This document shows, piece by piece, positions 8,730 to 21,195 of a stretch of 64,000 nucleotides of DNA; the first letter of the stretch is position 1; the number at the start of each line of letters is the position of its first letter. The notes beneath the pieces were generated by a model. The model worked only from the letters and a program-made list of their open reading frames with translations. It ran no database searches and was not told where the DNA came from. The stretch spans positions 744,001 to 808,000 of the forward strand of contig JBLWGC010000104.1 in NCBI GenBank assembly GCA_048772705.1. Direction: 5' to 3'. Source of the stretch: Leidyana gryllorum EB-2025a (taxonomy: Eukaryota; Protista; Apicomplexa). The position numbers and the translations under genes were made by a program.

Positions 8730-11700
8730 TCATAATATGAATACTGTGTTCGCATTGCTCCAGAAAATGCGCCGAGTGGGCCAAAGAAGATCGCCTGTCT
8801 GTGCCACCAAATATAGCTTTGGGTACAGGGCTAAGCCCTCTGCTGCTTCCACCATCAGACCCCCCACTGGCAAACTGCACTTTCCTGTTCGCGAAATGAC
8901 AAACCCATACTCCAGTTTGACACTCCCCCCCGGTATCAGACACATAGTCGACTGCTTGGTACCCGATACGAGCACTGCACTCATATTCGGCTCTCTGTAG
9001 TCTTCGAACGCGGCAAAGTTTGTTTGCCACGCCCCCTTGTCGCCACCTTCCAGGAACAGCTGGTACTTACATTTCTGCCACAACATGGGATCGTTCAACT
9101 CATTTCTAAGAACTCACCACGGCGGACATGGTGTGGTTGGTGATCACCAACACCGCTCTAATGACTTGCGCAACTGAAAATGTTCGAATATTCAAATTCG
9201 GGATCACCGCCTCAGATGGCAACAGTCTCATACTCAATGTGATCGGTTGCTTCTGCAATGGATGCACACTGATCGTCCCGCCGGGAGTGTGATTCCGGGG
9301 TACTGAGGCGAAGAAGTGATCGAGCATTTCGATCAGGGGCCGCCATGGGACTTCCAGCAACACAGAAATTCGAGGCCATAACGGCTCACGATTCACATCT
9401 CGTAGCTGTGGGCACCGCCAAGGTGCTGTGGCCTCCAGGTACAATGCCCATAGTGGGGATGAGCCACCCTCTGGGAGTTGAGGTTGGGGAACGCCCAACT
9501 GTGTGAACAGATTGGATACAAATTCTCGGACAAAGCGTTGCAGTAATCCTCCCAACGAGGGTCTCTCCGCCAGCAGATGTAACCAATGATGGAAGCTCCA
9601 TCTCACCGAATGATCAGTCGAGCTGACCAGGTCGAAGAGATGTTGGGAGGGTTGGTGGCACACAGAGGTCAGATCCAAGACATTCTCTTCCTTCCAGAAT
9701 ACCGCTGCTCTCTCACTTTCTCTCCAAACCGGTACGGGTTGTTGAGGAGCAAAGCGTAAGAACCGGGCACGGAATGGTGTCGGGTCACCTGTGGTAACCA
9801 AACAGCTGCGAGTCAACTTGAGTGGAACTCCTCCCGACTCCACTGATGGATGCAGTGTGAACTCCAACACACTCTCAGGAGCCGCAGAGAAGGTCCACTT
9901 GAAAGGCACGGATACATTCACTCTCCGTGGCGTCGTGGCCGTTCGAGAGAACAATGGTCTCTCGTCTCCGCCATTTTCAAATCGCACCGTCAACTTGGCT
10001 GTGGCCACCACCCCCGCAAAAGAGTGAGGCATGCAATAGCCCAAGAGCTTAACCTCAACTTCACTCGGAGACAGATCGGTCACCAAGCCCAAAATCCGAG
10101 ACGATAGAGTTTCTGACGAGACGGCCTCTTCGAACACGAGAGGCTGACCGTCCAGCGCCATTAAATCTCCGTCTTCTCCTTGACGAGCAAAATAACATCT
10201 GTGCGACGCCTGAGATCCTTTGAGGTCCGAAAGAGTCCCAACATTCGAGATTAAGACCCTCAGGTCACTCAGCGTGTGGTAAATCACACTTCCACCCATC
10301 TCACTTGACTCATTCGTAGCCAGACACCCCTTCCACATGGGAGATCCATCTTTGCTGGTGACCGGGGTTACAGACCCATCCAAGGATACAAAACGCACTG
10401 GGACCAAATGACTGAGCCCTTCCCTCTCGCACTGGACTTCAAGCACGAATTGAGTCCGGGGAAGCCGTTGCGCCGTCCTGCGAAGAGTGGCACTCAACAA
10501 TTGTGCGACAATTGAAACTTACATCACTGGCAGTGCCAGTCGATTGATCCGCATTGTCAAGATGAACGGTAAGCCTTTGGGTGTGAGAGCGTCTATGTGA
10601 GAGGTGCTGACGCAATCCGTGATCCAGTGAAGGCGTAGATCCATCATTGTTGTACGGAAGTCGTTGATGAAGAGACATCGGCGATTGACTTCTGGGACCT
10701 CCGTGGGGACTTCGGGAGTCTTCACCGCCCAGTCCGTGGCTCTACGGAACTCCAAACCCTCGTAGGCCAGCATTTCATTCCGACTTGTCCAGACCCCATA
10801 CTCCACTGCCAATACTTTCTCTGTTAGAACCGGGATGAGACATCGCACACGAGACACCCTTCCATGGCTATGGAACAGCATCATGTGGGTCAGAAGATGC
10901 GGAGTATGGACGAAAGGACTGCTTTTCGGGAGGTCGACTTCGCAACTGGCTCGAATCCAGGGCCACACCTCCGGATTTCGCCGGGGTTTGTGGTAGTGCC
11001 CTCCACTCAGTGGGTCCTCGTCGGACGCCAGTCCGTCGTTGATGGTCAATTGTTGTACCATGAGGCTATGGCCATCGATAGTAAAGCCCAGACACTCCAA
11101 TTTCCCGAACGTCTGAGTGAGGATGCACAACCGGATCCGTCGCTGATGATCTGTCGGCTCCAAGACACAGTACACCGGGAATGGATGGACCTCCAGAGCC
11201 AAGAGAGGCGGCGCTCTTTGTTGTGTCAAAGCTGTCCGATCACTCAGCTGCACCCACAGAGCGGTGAAGCTCTTTTCAAGACCTTCATCCATCACACCCC
11301 GGGACCAATCGCGGCCTTTGCGTCCTGTGTCCATAACCAGCAGAGTGTTAATGATCTTTGTGGCCGTCCACAACGCCATCTCGGGTGGGAAAGGAGCCGA
11401 GAGCAACGATGGACTCAACGACGGCGCGGAATGTCCCACTGCTTCGAGCGCAAATGAGGGATCCGAGCTGAGGAACTGCAGCAGGCGATTGATTTCTGCT
11501 GCTGGGAGATCCTCGACTTTGGATTTGGTCATCATGAAGTGCACTCTCACAGCGGCGTCCAGGAGGCCTTTGAGAGCACTCGGGGAGATCACAGCCATAT
11601 CCAGATTGGGGACGGCTCGAGCATTCTCGGGTATTGCGTCCTCAATGATCTTCGGATGTTCAATGTTAAGTGTGGTTAACATACCCGACAGTGCACGTTT

Positions 11701-14462
11701 CAGAGCGGTCCGCGCAGCCGCTGGACAACTTTTATGCGAAGAGTTTGTTAATCTGCCCGTCTGCTTACCACGACACCAATCTCTCTTGAGGTCTCTGTCC
11801 ACTGATCAATTGGTCCAGCCACTGGTGGTGGTAATAGGAGCTGAATCTTCGGGCATTCTTGGGAGTGTTGGATCCCGCGCCTTTGATCGGTTGGTCCATC
11901 GGGAAATCTCGTAATCTCAGATCGTCGTGACCGAAAACGGGGCAGAAGGGCGGTGTGACGTACGCCACCGACCTCATTGTGGCGGGCATAATGATCGGAG
12001 ATGCGGGAGAGAGTGGTGCGAAGGCTTCACCAGATTGCCCCGAACAGTCATAGACCGACCGGGGGTCCATGGCAGGATCGCTGGAGGTTGTCGTCGCGGG
12101 AGACGGCTCGAGGGCCGTAGTTCGCACCACCTCTAAGCACATGAGACAATAGAGTTTGAAACTGAATGCATAAATGCCAACAGCGTGCAGATGGTTGGCC
12201 ACATCGAGTAGTTGACGCATAACTTTCCCGGGCCGTTGGTTGTTGAGCTGCAGAGCGGTGGGCCAATTTGAGACAATGATGGGAGAGTACCGTACCAAAT
12301 GAAAGTGGATAGACTGTGTGGCCAGACTGATCAGTACACACAAGATGCTGGGCTCAGCCAACTGAGACGGGTAGACGACGAAAGGCAAATGGGTAAAGGC
12401 AAAGTCTTTGGGGACTTGGCGTTTGAGAGTCAATCCCCGCAAGAACATATTGGAGAATCCCACGCCCTGATCTGTGATCGGCAATGGCAGATGTCCCAAA
12501 TAACGTGATGGGATCATTCGACAGTCCTTATTGAAGTCCACTTTGAGGAAAGTGTGCCACAACGGTGCTGCCAACCATTTCCGGATGTGCGACAGATATC
12601 GTTGAGCGCATTCCAGATGATACGCGGGCTCCGACCAGTCTCGGACAAACTTCTCCGGTGAATGGATGGTCATCTGCTTCGCCAGGAGACGGTGCAATAT
12701 CGTCAATGAGTACAAATTGAGAAAGTCCAAGGGAGGGAGATCGTGTGGTGTATTGACGAGTAAACCTGCGGTATTGCGAGATGAGTCACGGAGACGGCAC
12801 TTACTTCGAGTTCGCTTGAACAGAGTGATGATCTCACCGCCATGGATTCCCTCTTGCGCCAGAAGAATACTCCGAACGGTGACGAGAGTGGCCACCTGTG
12901 CCACCAAAGGTTTGTGACCATCCAGAGAGCCCATGACTGACCTACCGCCGCTCGTTCTGCGTGACCTCCCAATGATCCACAACCCCAGACTCCGTGACTC
13001 GAGACGTTTTGGGGGTGAGCAAACTTCCAGACGGGTTGACGACTCAACTGGTGTCCCACATACTCGGCTACAAATAGCGTCAAACGAGTCAGTCGGCCGG
13101 ACCAACGCACCATTGGGCCACGCCGGCGGTAACTGAGGCGGATAGTCCTGCTCCACTATGTCAAAGACAGTCAGGTAGATACTCAATGCTTCCGAGACTC
13201 GCCCTCGTAGCTCATTGCAGAACGCCAGTTTCAACAACCATTTGATCTGTTGGCAAAGCGGGGTGGAGGCGGCGATCGGGTTGGAGAAGCTGAGTGCTTA
13301 CTCTCAGCATCTGAGAAGCCAATAGTGTGACGAGATTCTCTGGAGCTGACTCCAGAGTAGGCGATATTCGCAACATGTAACGAACTAACGTCTCCAGCCA
13401 AGGCAATGGTTGCGACTGCAGTAATGTCGTGAAATTCAAACCGAGCAGAGAGCTCGCGGATGGCAGGAGACTCAAGAGCTTCTGATATCGCCGCTCTTTC
13501 TCTTTCAGGTATTCAGTGGCGTGGCCTCGGGCTGTTTTCTCTAATCTGTAGGACAAATCGGGCAACAGTTATTGGAAGAGAAGGAGACGCAGACGTACAG
13601 CGATAAACGTTTGGGAGTCTCGGTCCCCTCGACGCCCGCGAGGACAAAGAAGGATGTAAAGTCCCCTTTATGCTTCGTCATTAACACATCAAAGCACTCG
13701 AGGCACTTGTAGATACTCTTTCTGGACAGGAGATGGATAAGTCATGGCCTGTGTGGCTTACTTAACGGCTGCATTCTCCGCGTCCGATGCTCCCGATCGC
13801 TCTGTGGTCTCATGAAAGATGATCAACGGCAAGATTTTTGGAGTTGGCTGATAGTAGAATCTGGCAGTGATGAAAGACGGCTGAGAATTGGGTTAGTGGT
13901 TTTCGAGTCCCACTTGTTAAGAGTCGGCTGGCCAGCTGTGGTGGAGGGAGTCGTTGATCTACGGAATCTTTTGGGCAGCCTCGTACGCGCGACATCTTCC
14001 CGGATTCGGGTCATCCACTCCAAGGCATCTTGTTGCAGATTCAACCGTAACTCTTCTGTCGCCGTCTCCTCAGTGAGATCGTCGGTCCGAAGCGCGGTAG
14101 GGTAATTACGCCAGTCGAAAGCGAGAACAATGCATCCTGTTCGGTGCCAACGACATGTAGACAGAACGGATAGATCGGGTGAAAGTGTCACCTGGGTTCT
14201 GTTGTGTGGTTTTATGATACCATTCGACATTTACTATGCCGTTATCGGAGATGGCATCGGGGTTTGAGGGTCTTTGACGTTTAAGCAGTTCTGACAGTGC
14301 ATTGAAGCTGGTGATAACCACCTCTGGTTTTGTGTTTATGTGACGATCCTCAGGTGTGATCTGTGTGTGAGGTTTTATAAATCGTGTGAAGAGGGCGTGG
14401 ACTTCGTCATTAGGGGTTGCGATCGCAATTGGGGGTCCGCTGGAGGGTAAGATCGCTGCCAT
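8730..14462 (-). CDS. TRAPPC11: TRAPP III subunit TRAPPC11 (foie gras) homologue, multi-exon, about 1750 aa
   Basis: Minus-strand ORFs join via GT-AG introns (e.g. near 14135-14190, 13720-13760, 13550-13600, 13245-13300, 11725-11770, 10480-10522, 9075-9117). GIVNVEWYHK..NPG|CIVLAFDW, LEKTARGHATEYLKEKERR and KLAFCNELRGRVSEALSIY parallel TRAPPC11 GILKTGWMNKH..ELDW, RLENAFYEHAQTYY..EIRR and KIAFFSELKQDTQNALKNY. Confidence 0.72.
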
Positions 14463-14512
14463 AGTCTGGAAAAAATGGTCTGTCTTGGATAAAAATTTGT
14501 GGCCAACCCTAA

Positions 14513-15103
14513 ATGGATGAAGGGGCAGATCACATGATATCTAGTGAGACTGTGCCGTCAGACTTGGTCGTCCGCCAACTTGTTCACGCGGCGGCTGCTC
14601 GTATTGAACAATTACTGCTGGCAATGGATGAATTAGATGAGGAGATTAAGACAATATTGACAGGGACCGCCAATCAAGATCAAGATATATTCCGGGAGAT
14701 GACAGTCGACCAATTAGTTCAAGTGGTCCGAAACTCTGGTATAAAGACTCCACTGACCACTACGCGACGAAGAGGGAAGGCTGCTCCAGTCAAACGATCA
14801 GCCAGTACAACCGCGTCGCCGGCCTCGGCTCAAGGAGCAGGGAAGGAAAATACCGCCAACGATCCGAGTAGGATGAAATGCTCACAATGCGGGAATCGCG
14901 ACACGCCTCAATGGCGATATATACATACCGATCGGTATTGTAATGCATGTTATATGCGAGTCAAACGTTGGGTTGAAAGCAAACATTCCGGAGAAAAATT
15001 ACCAAGCAGAAGTCGACAAGGCCTCACTGCCGCTGAGGATGCTGAGCTTCGCATGCGGGCAACTTCCTTCGTCCAAGAAGCTTTCGCTGCAGCTCCTAGC
15101 TGA
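14513..15103 (+). CDS. GATA-type zinc finger protein
   Basis: CSQCGNRDTPQWR.......CNACYMR (C-x2-C-x16-C-x2-C with TPQWR and CNAC). Confidence 0.82.
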   Translation: MDEGADHMISSETVPSDLVVRQLVHAAAARIEQLLLAMDELDEEIKTILTGTANQDQDIFREMTVDQLVQVVRNSGIKTPLTTTRRRGKAAPVKRSASTTASPASAQGAGKENTANDPSRMKCSQCGNRDTPQWRYIHTDRYCNACYMRVKRWVESKHSGEKLPSRSRQGLTAAEDAELRMRATSFVQEAFAAAPS

Positions 15104-16381
15104 TCTACACGTTCTACGCCCGCAACTTCATCATGTGGACTCCTTTCTGTGCCTCTGCTGCATGTTCTGAAATACACGAACGTATCATCATTATACCCAC
15201 TGCCTTCATTGAAACAGTAAGTTGCTGCCAATGATCTATCTCAAACGTCACCAAGAGCACCGTTCGGAACCGTACAATCCCACAAAGAAGCTCCCAAAAA
15301 ATCCCCCCACACAGACAACCAGAAGGTTGCATCTTCGACTCCAAACTTCTTCTCTATATATTCCGCGGTCGCTTCGTCATCGACGGTTAAATCTACCGGA
15401 CGGATTCTCGTCCCTCGATGGCTTTAAACTGGAAAAAGAGGACTTGGTTTCTCACCAGTTTAATTAACCAATAAGCGCGAACACACATTACTCATCATCC
15501 CTCAACTGGGAGGCCCACCTCTTTCTGCTGTTTGAAAGCGGGCATCACCATAAAGCTATACCTCCTGCACTGAGACAAAAGCCACGCGGCTACCCTTCAT
15601 AGTCCCTATCCCCATTGGACAATGGAAGACTTTGTTCACCACAGTCCAAATGTGGACGATCGATTCCCCGTCACTTTTCCCTTACCCCCCATTCGCCCCG
15701 GTGCTCCAATCACGGGTGGTGAATTGACGACCTCTCATCAAAAAGTGGCGACTGTTGCTTCGATATGCTCTGTCAAGGCAACATACCTGACCCAATGTGT
15801 ATTTGCCCCTCAGATAGATGGATTGAGTGATTCAGTGAGTGAGTGATTGAGCGTAGGCTTGTGGACGCACAAACCGTCGATCCGAGGATAGCTGGGACGA
15901 CCTACCAAGTCGCCGCCGTCATGAGTGTGCGCTCTCATCAAAAATGTCCAACGACAATACCCTAACTGGTTCTATTCAGCTAAGTCTCATAATTCAACAA
16001 CTCGTCAACTTTGTTACACATTAGTCCCACGTATACACACTCAACGAGCCCCATAGTTACACAGCCACCCATTGTGTTATGACTGTGTCAAGACATTTGA
16101 GCCGTTCCAAAAAAATACGATAAACTTTTTTCTGCCAAATCTCAGACTCAAACTTCCATCCCAGCCCATCTTTCATGTGTTAATCGTTTGCAGCCAATGT
16201 TTCGAGTGCACTTTTGACATGGGCGTCCCCATACCCGCCCCGCTCTCCTATAGCAGGTCCGGGAAGTTTGACGCCTATAAAGAAGCCCGGTGATTGGCCC
16301 ACGGTGCGATGGTAGCTGCCATAGCGCTCGAATCCTGTGCGACATACTCCACACTCAATCCCTTTGGCATGACGTGTTAGT

Positions 16382-16828
16382 GCACGACCCATTACGGTGT
16401 TGGCAAGAAGAGCCGTCTCCACCGTTTATTTATCGTGCGAGACCGACTGACGATTTTGGCCCACGCTGGGGTCGCTCCAAGTGGCGTCTCCAGCCGAAAG
16501 TTGTCTCACATCCCTCTCCATTCATCTCCTCGTTGTTCGCACGACCCATTACGGTGTTGGCAAGATGAGCCGTCTCCACCGTTTATTTATCGTGCAAGAC
16601 CGACTGACGATTTTGGCCCACGCTGGGGTCGCTCCAAGTGGCGTCTCCAGCCGAAAGTTGTCTCACATCCCTCTCCATTCATCTCCTCGTTGTTCGCACG
16701 ACCCATTACGGTGTTGGCAAGAAGAGCCGTCTCCACCGTTTATTTATCGTGCAAGACCGACTGACGATTTTGGCCCACGCTGGGGTCGCTCCAAGTGGCG
16801 TCTCCAGCCGAAAGTTGTCTCACATCCC
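16382..16828. repeat. 157-bp tandem repeat, about 2.85 copies, non-coding
   Basis: Units start at 16382, 16539 and 16696 (GCACGACCCATTACGGTGTTGG...). Copies differ at only 1-2 positions. Confidence 0.97.
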
Positions 16829-18024
16829 AACAATAAGTCATCTCCCACATCCACAGCAGCGTAGAGCGACATTGCCTCATCAAAGGCATCTCATCTCCTT
16901 CATCGGGCCGGCACTTGCGGGATTTATAAGTCGTTCTCAACAAGTTTACCCTGATACACTCTTAGCTTTGGATGTCTCCTGACAATACCATATACCCATA
17001 GTCTGTCTCTCCCGTTCAGGAGACTGGTCACATACGCGGACCCCCTTGTGGGGTCAGTACTCGAGGTTCGCGGCAAATACTTGCTGGAATTTAGAATGAA
17101 CTTCCGGAGGTTCGGAAGAGTGGGTCTCAAAACTCTTCCCATATCCCGTCCTCACCCTTCTGAGGTCAGGATACGCCGCTGGGGGAGCAGTCGCTGCAGG
17201 TGGCACAAAGCTTTCTCCCCCATCCCTCTGAATCCCCTTTTCCTTTAGACTATGGCGTAACAGTACGGCGCGAGGTGTCAATCCACCCCAGCCATCATCT
17301 ACATGTTGTTGTTGGTGATTACTTTTGACTTCATTTTGTGATGAAGTGTGATGTGGTACCAGAGGGCTGAGAACATCATTTGGCGTAAGGTAACTAATGG
17401 CATTAGTATCGCCTAAGAGAAAAGGGTTTTCAAGATGACAACTGCTGGGAAAGTTATTGAGATCGGCAGACCTAAAGGGAAGACACATCTGAGCGCGGAA
17501 CACTTGGGATCTTGGTAGTCCGGTCGTTCTTGCCCGTTCCCAGGGCAACCTCTTGCCCGACTGCAAAGGATGAATGACTCAACGTCGACTTTGAGTTAAT
17601 CAGGAACAGCGACGAGACGAGAAGGGCCCGGACCCGCATGAGCATTCCACCCACAAGCCGAGGGTGCCCTGAGAAGAAAAGCCTCTAAATGAGAGACAGA
17701 TCTTCCATCTCCAGGGAAGGGCGTCGCGTCGAGCACGAGGAAAGCTTGAGAAGACCCGCAAGTGTTCGGTCGGACTTATGCTGACCGGGCAACTGAAGGC
17801 TTCAGGACTCACAACACCGCCCTCACATGGGTCAATTGTTGGAAGTTCGATTCTAACACAGTCTGCCTCGCCCTGGAGTGGTGCAGTAAAGCAAAGAAAC
17901 GGTCGGAGGCGTGGCGGGCGGGCGAGAAGAGTTGAGCACAGAGGGACGAGGTGGTAATTGGAGTGTTATTGAATGAAGGAGGTTGAAGAATGATTGATTT
18001 AATACTGTTATCCGGCCATGGATA

Positions 18025-19110
18025 CTACAAAGCTTTAACTACGGCTTGATCAAGAGTTGTGTCTGGTTGGCGGTATACATAGTCGAATCTATAGTGACCT
18101 TCTGTATCACAGTCGGCCGCACAGGTGTATATGGCCAATATGCCGAAGGCCAACTCCAAATTAGCATTTTGACCCACGTAATCAGCGAAGACTGATTGCA
18201 CTTGGAACTCAAAGCGTCGATGACTGCCACAATACTCACAGTTGGGCGGGTCACCACCCAACCTGTGATGTTGGGAGAACCACATTGGCTTGTCAGCTCC
18301 ATACCGCACAACGTGATCTATATGGCTTTGGTAGTACTCCAGGTACCGTCCCAGAAAGACATCCTGCTCAGCATCGAGTGCCGTCCCTCCCACTGGTTCG
18401 TCGTTATCATCGTCGTCTTCGTCCTCCGGCGCACCTCCGTCTTCCTCGTCGATTATTTCGCTAATTTGAGGACCACTCTGCATGGCTCGGTTCAAACGAG
18501 CATCAATGTCCTGTTATTAAGGCAATTTGACCGAGTGAAAGGAAACCAAGAGACGTTTACTACTCACCTCATCTCGGTTGGGGGCTTCTGTCTCCTCCGA
18601 GTATATCTCAATGAGTTTCTCTGGAAAGGTGGAGCCACAAGTGTTATGATCTCGGGCGTTTCGGCATCGTAGATGCTCAGAAGCACCCGGGCTCGGCAAC
18701 AAGCACTGCTGGCAGCATTTGCTCTCTATAAGGGGCAATACTTTATCTTCAGCCTCCTCGGTGTGCTCGTCAATGGACTCGGGTAGCCAAGGATTTGCAC
18801 GCGGGAGATGGCAGCGTACTAAGCGGACATCTTTTCCGCAGGTCCAACAGCCGAACAAATATAGCATCCGGTGGAATCGCGGGCCATCTTCGGGCTCAGT
18901 CTCGGGAAAGGGGGCATACAATTGCAGAAAGAACATTAGAGCGTTCCCACATTTTCTGCACTCTAACTGCTCCGCCTCCGGTATACAGTCCGGACTCAAC
19001 CATCCTGGCCGACCACCCAACTTGGAGAGGACCAGTCGGCGGTCAATTGGCTTCAAGGGGACCTCACAGTCCACCTCGAATGGTTCTTCGATCACTCCAA
19101 GAAGGGGCAT
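18025..19110 (-). CDS. PDCD2: PDCD2/PDCD2L (Tsr4) family uS5 chaperone, 2 exons
   Basis: SKLGGRPGWL, CRKCGNALMFFLQLYAP, HRMLYLFGC, VVRYG..PMW, PNCEYCGSHRRFEFQV, FGILAIYTCAADC. Confidence 0.92.
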
Positions 19111-19127
19111 TCCATCCAAAAATTTTC

Positions 19128-21145
19128 TCACTCAGAGTCTGAGCTTGAGAATTCCTTGTCACCTTCACTCGATTCCGAACCTTCAGAGATCACATCGTCG
19201 TCATCTTCTGCAACATTCGAAGGGTCCATCATGGCCTCCACAAGCTGAGCTTGAGGCTTTCGAACCAACGGAGTTCCCATATCACTTGGTAGCATAGGTT
19301 CATCATCACCTGCCACCAGTCCATCCAGCATAGCCGCCTCCAGATCATCCGCCGTGGCTGGAGGAGGAGCAGAGCCGTTTGCCATCCCTTCTCCCGTCTC
19401 ATGCATATACGACATCCCATCGGGGTTCTGGGCTTGCTCCAAGGCCGTCCCCAGTTTTTGATTGATCTCCGCTGCCTGGGCTATATACTTGCTATTGTCA
19501 GTCGATTGGGCCAGGCTCCCATGCTGGACGTACGATTCGCTCACTTGGCAGTAAGAACTGACCGCCGCCACTCCATTCACTCGATATCCCATCAAAGTAT
19601 GGAACAGACTGACGTAGTCTATGCCAGCGTCGATACTCTCTTTGACGCGCTGCATGACTCGTTCATCATTGGGGGTGGTCTTGTCTGTCCTGATACGTTC
19701 CAGAACCCAACCGCCCTCGCGTACTTCGGCCCGTGTGTAGTCGTAGAAAGCAGTCCCGCTCCGGTCTCTCAGAATAGGGCATACATCCGAGGGGAATCCA
19801 GGCAGGTCGGTCACAGGCAACTTACCTACAACGGGGTGGTTGTCTGTGGGGCCGAGTAGATGCTCATTTCCAAAGTCGTCGGAAATGCTCTCCAGAGTCT
19901 GCTTGACAAATCGCGCCCTCTTTCGTCGCCGTACCGCTTCGTCCGCTGTGTCATCGTGTTTCCTCTTCTCGCCCGCCTTCTTTGTCCAGAAATTACACCA
20001 CATTGTTTGAGCGGCTTGACATCTCTCCTTCTCGGACGAGGTTCCCGCTACAACAGGTATAATTGTTCGAGCTTTAGGATCAAAGAAACACTCCCAAATA
20101 CTTCCATCGCAATCGTTGTTCTTCCGCTCGCGGATGATCATCGCCTCCCAGATGGGTCCCTGCTCCAAAGCGATCCAACAGCCACTGTCGGCCCGGAATC
20201 CTCGATGGCCAATGAGCAAATGCGCTGCCACCGGTATCTTCTGTCCTTCAACATCGAATCCATAGAGGAGTTCTGCTGCGAAATCGACCGTGTTGAGTTC
20301 CGGAGGTTTCCACTTCATCAACGCTCTGCAGGTTCCTGGCACATAAGGTAAGGCGACAGGCGTGAAGATGATGCCGTCCGAGAGATGTGGTAACCGTTTG
20401 GCCGCATAGCATCTGATGGCCATAATGTCCCAGATCTCGAAGAAGTCCTTGAGATATATCGGCATATAGTTATTGGTTTGTTTTTCCATCGCGATAGCAG
20501 CCGGGAACTTCTCCACATACGCATGTCTTGGCTCGCATACGCGATGGAGCGCTATTTTCAGTCGCTCCAAAAGATTCAGTTTCCCCACCGTCTCGTCCCT
20601 CTCAACGCAAATCGCATCGTATATGAGGAAGCAGACGCGTTTGTCCCCGTCACCCATTTCATCTTGCACTAATTCGCCATCAAGCAGGGTGACTTGGTGA
20701 CGTTCCACTACTGGGAGGTCGGATTTTACCTCTCCCCCGGACAGCACAGGTTGGGGAATAGGCAAACAGAGGTCAATCACTCGGACTGTATCCAGTGAAC
20801 AAGTAACAATGCATGTCTACCGAGCGCTCACCTGTTTCCTTCCGATCGACGAGGAACACCATACCCGAAGCGGCGAATAAGAGGTAGCGTACTCCATCGG
20901 TTTTCTCACAAGCCACATAGGGAGACTTGCCGAGTTCGGTGATATTGGTGCTTGAAAGGGAGACTGACGATATATGCGTGTTCAATTGAGCTCGAAATTT
21001 GAGGGATACCTGGTTGTGAGCCGGGAAAGGTGGGTCTTTTCCATCCACACAACTCTCTGACACGAATAAGAAGTTGGTCTCTGTGTGATGCCAGAGTTGT
21101 TTCTTCTATGGGTTTCCCTGGGACCGGAAAGTCAGTGTTCATCAT
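19128..21145 (-). CDS. mRNA capping enzyme (RNA guanylyltransferase), spliced
   Basis: FPGSQP, motif I CEKTDGVRY, III LLDGELV, IIIa FLIYDAI, IV SDGIIF, V LMKWKP, VI RIRTDKTTPN. Confidence 0.93.
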
Positions 21146-21195
21146 TTCAAAAATTGGGAACTCTCAACATCCCATACCTATAGGCAACAAGTGTG

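Noticed and set aside
8730-14462. Integrated virus or transposon with overlapping/frameshifted orphan ORFs, or an alternative genetic code
   Set aside because: Every break examined is explained by a short GT-AG intron, and the N-terminus matches TRAPPC11.
16070-16422. Pseudogene on the minus strand next to the tandem repeat
   Set aside because: The frame has stops and no family motif I can recognise. A translated search would be needed.
16382-16828. CRISPR array or coding repeat
   Set aside because: There are no unique spacers and no cas genes, and the context is eukaryotic. The 157-bp unit is not a multiple of 3, so the repetitive ORFs are artefacts.
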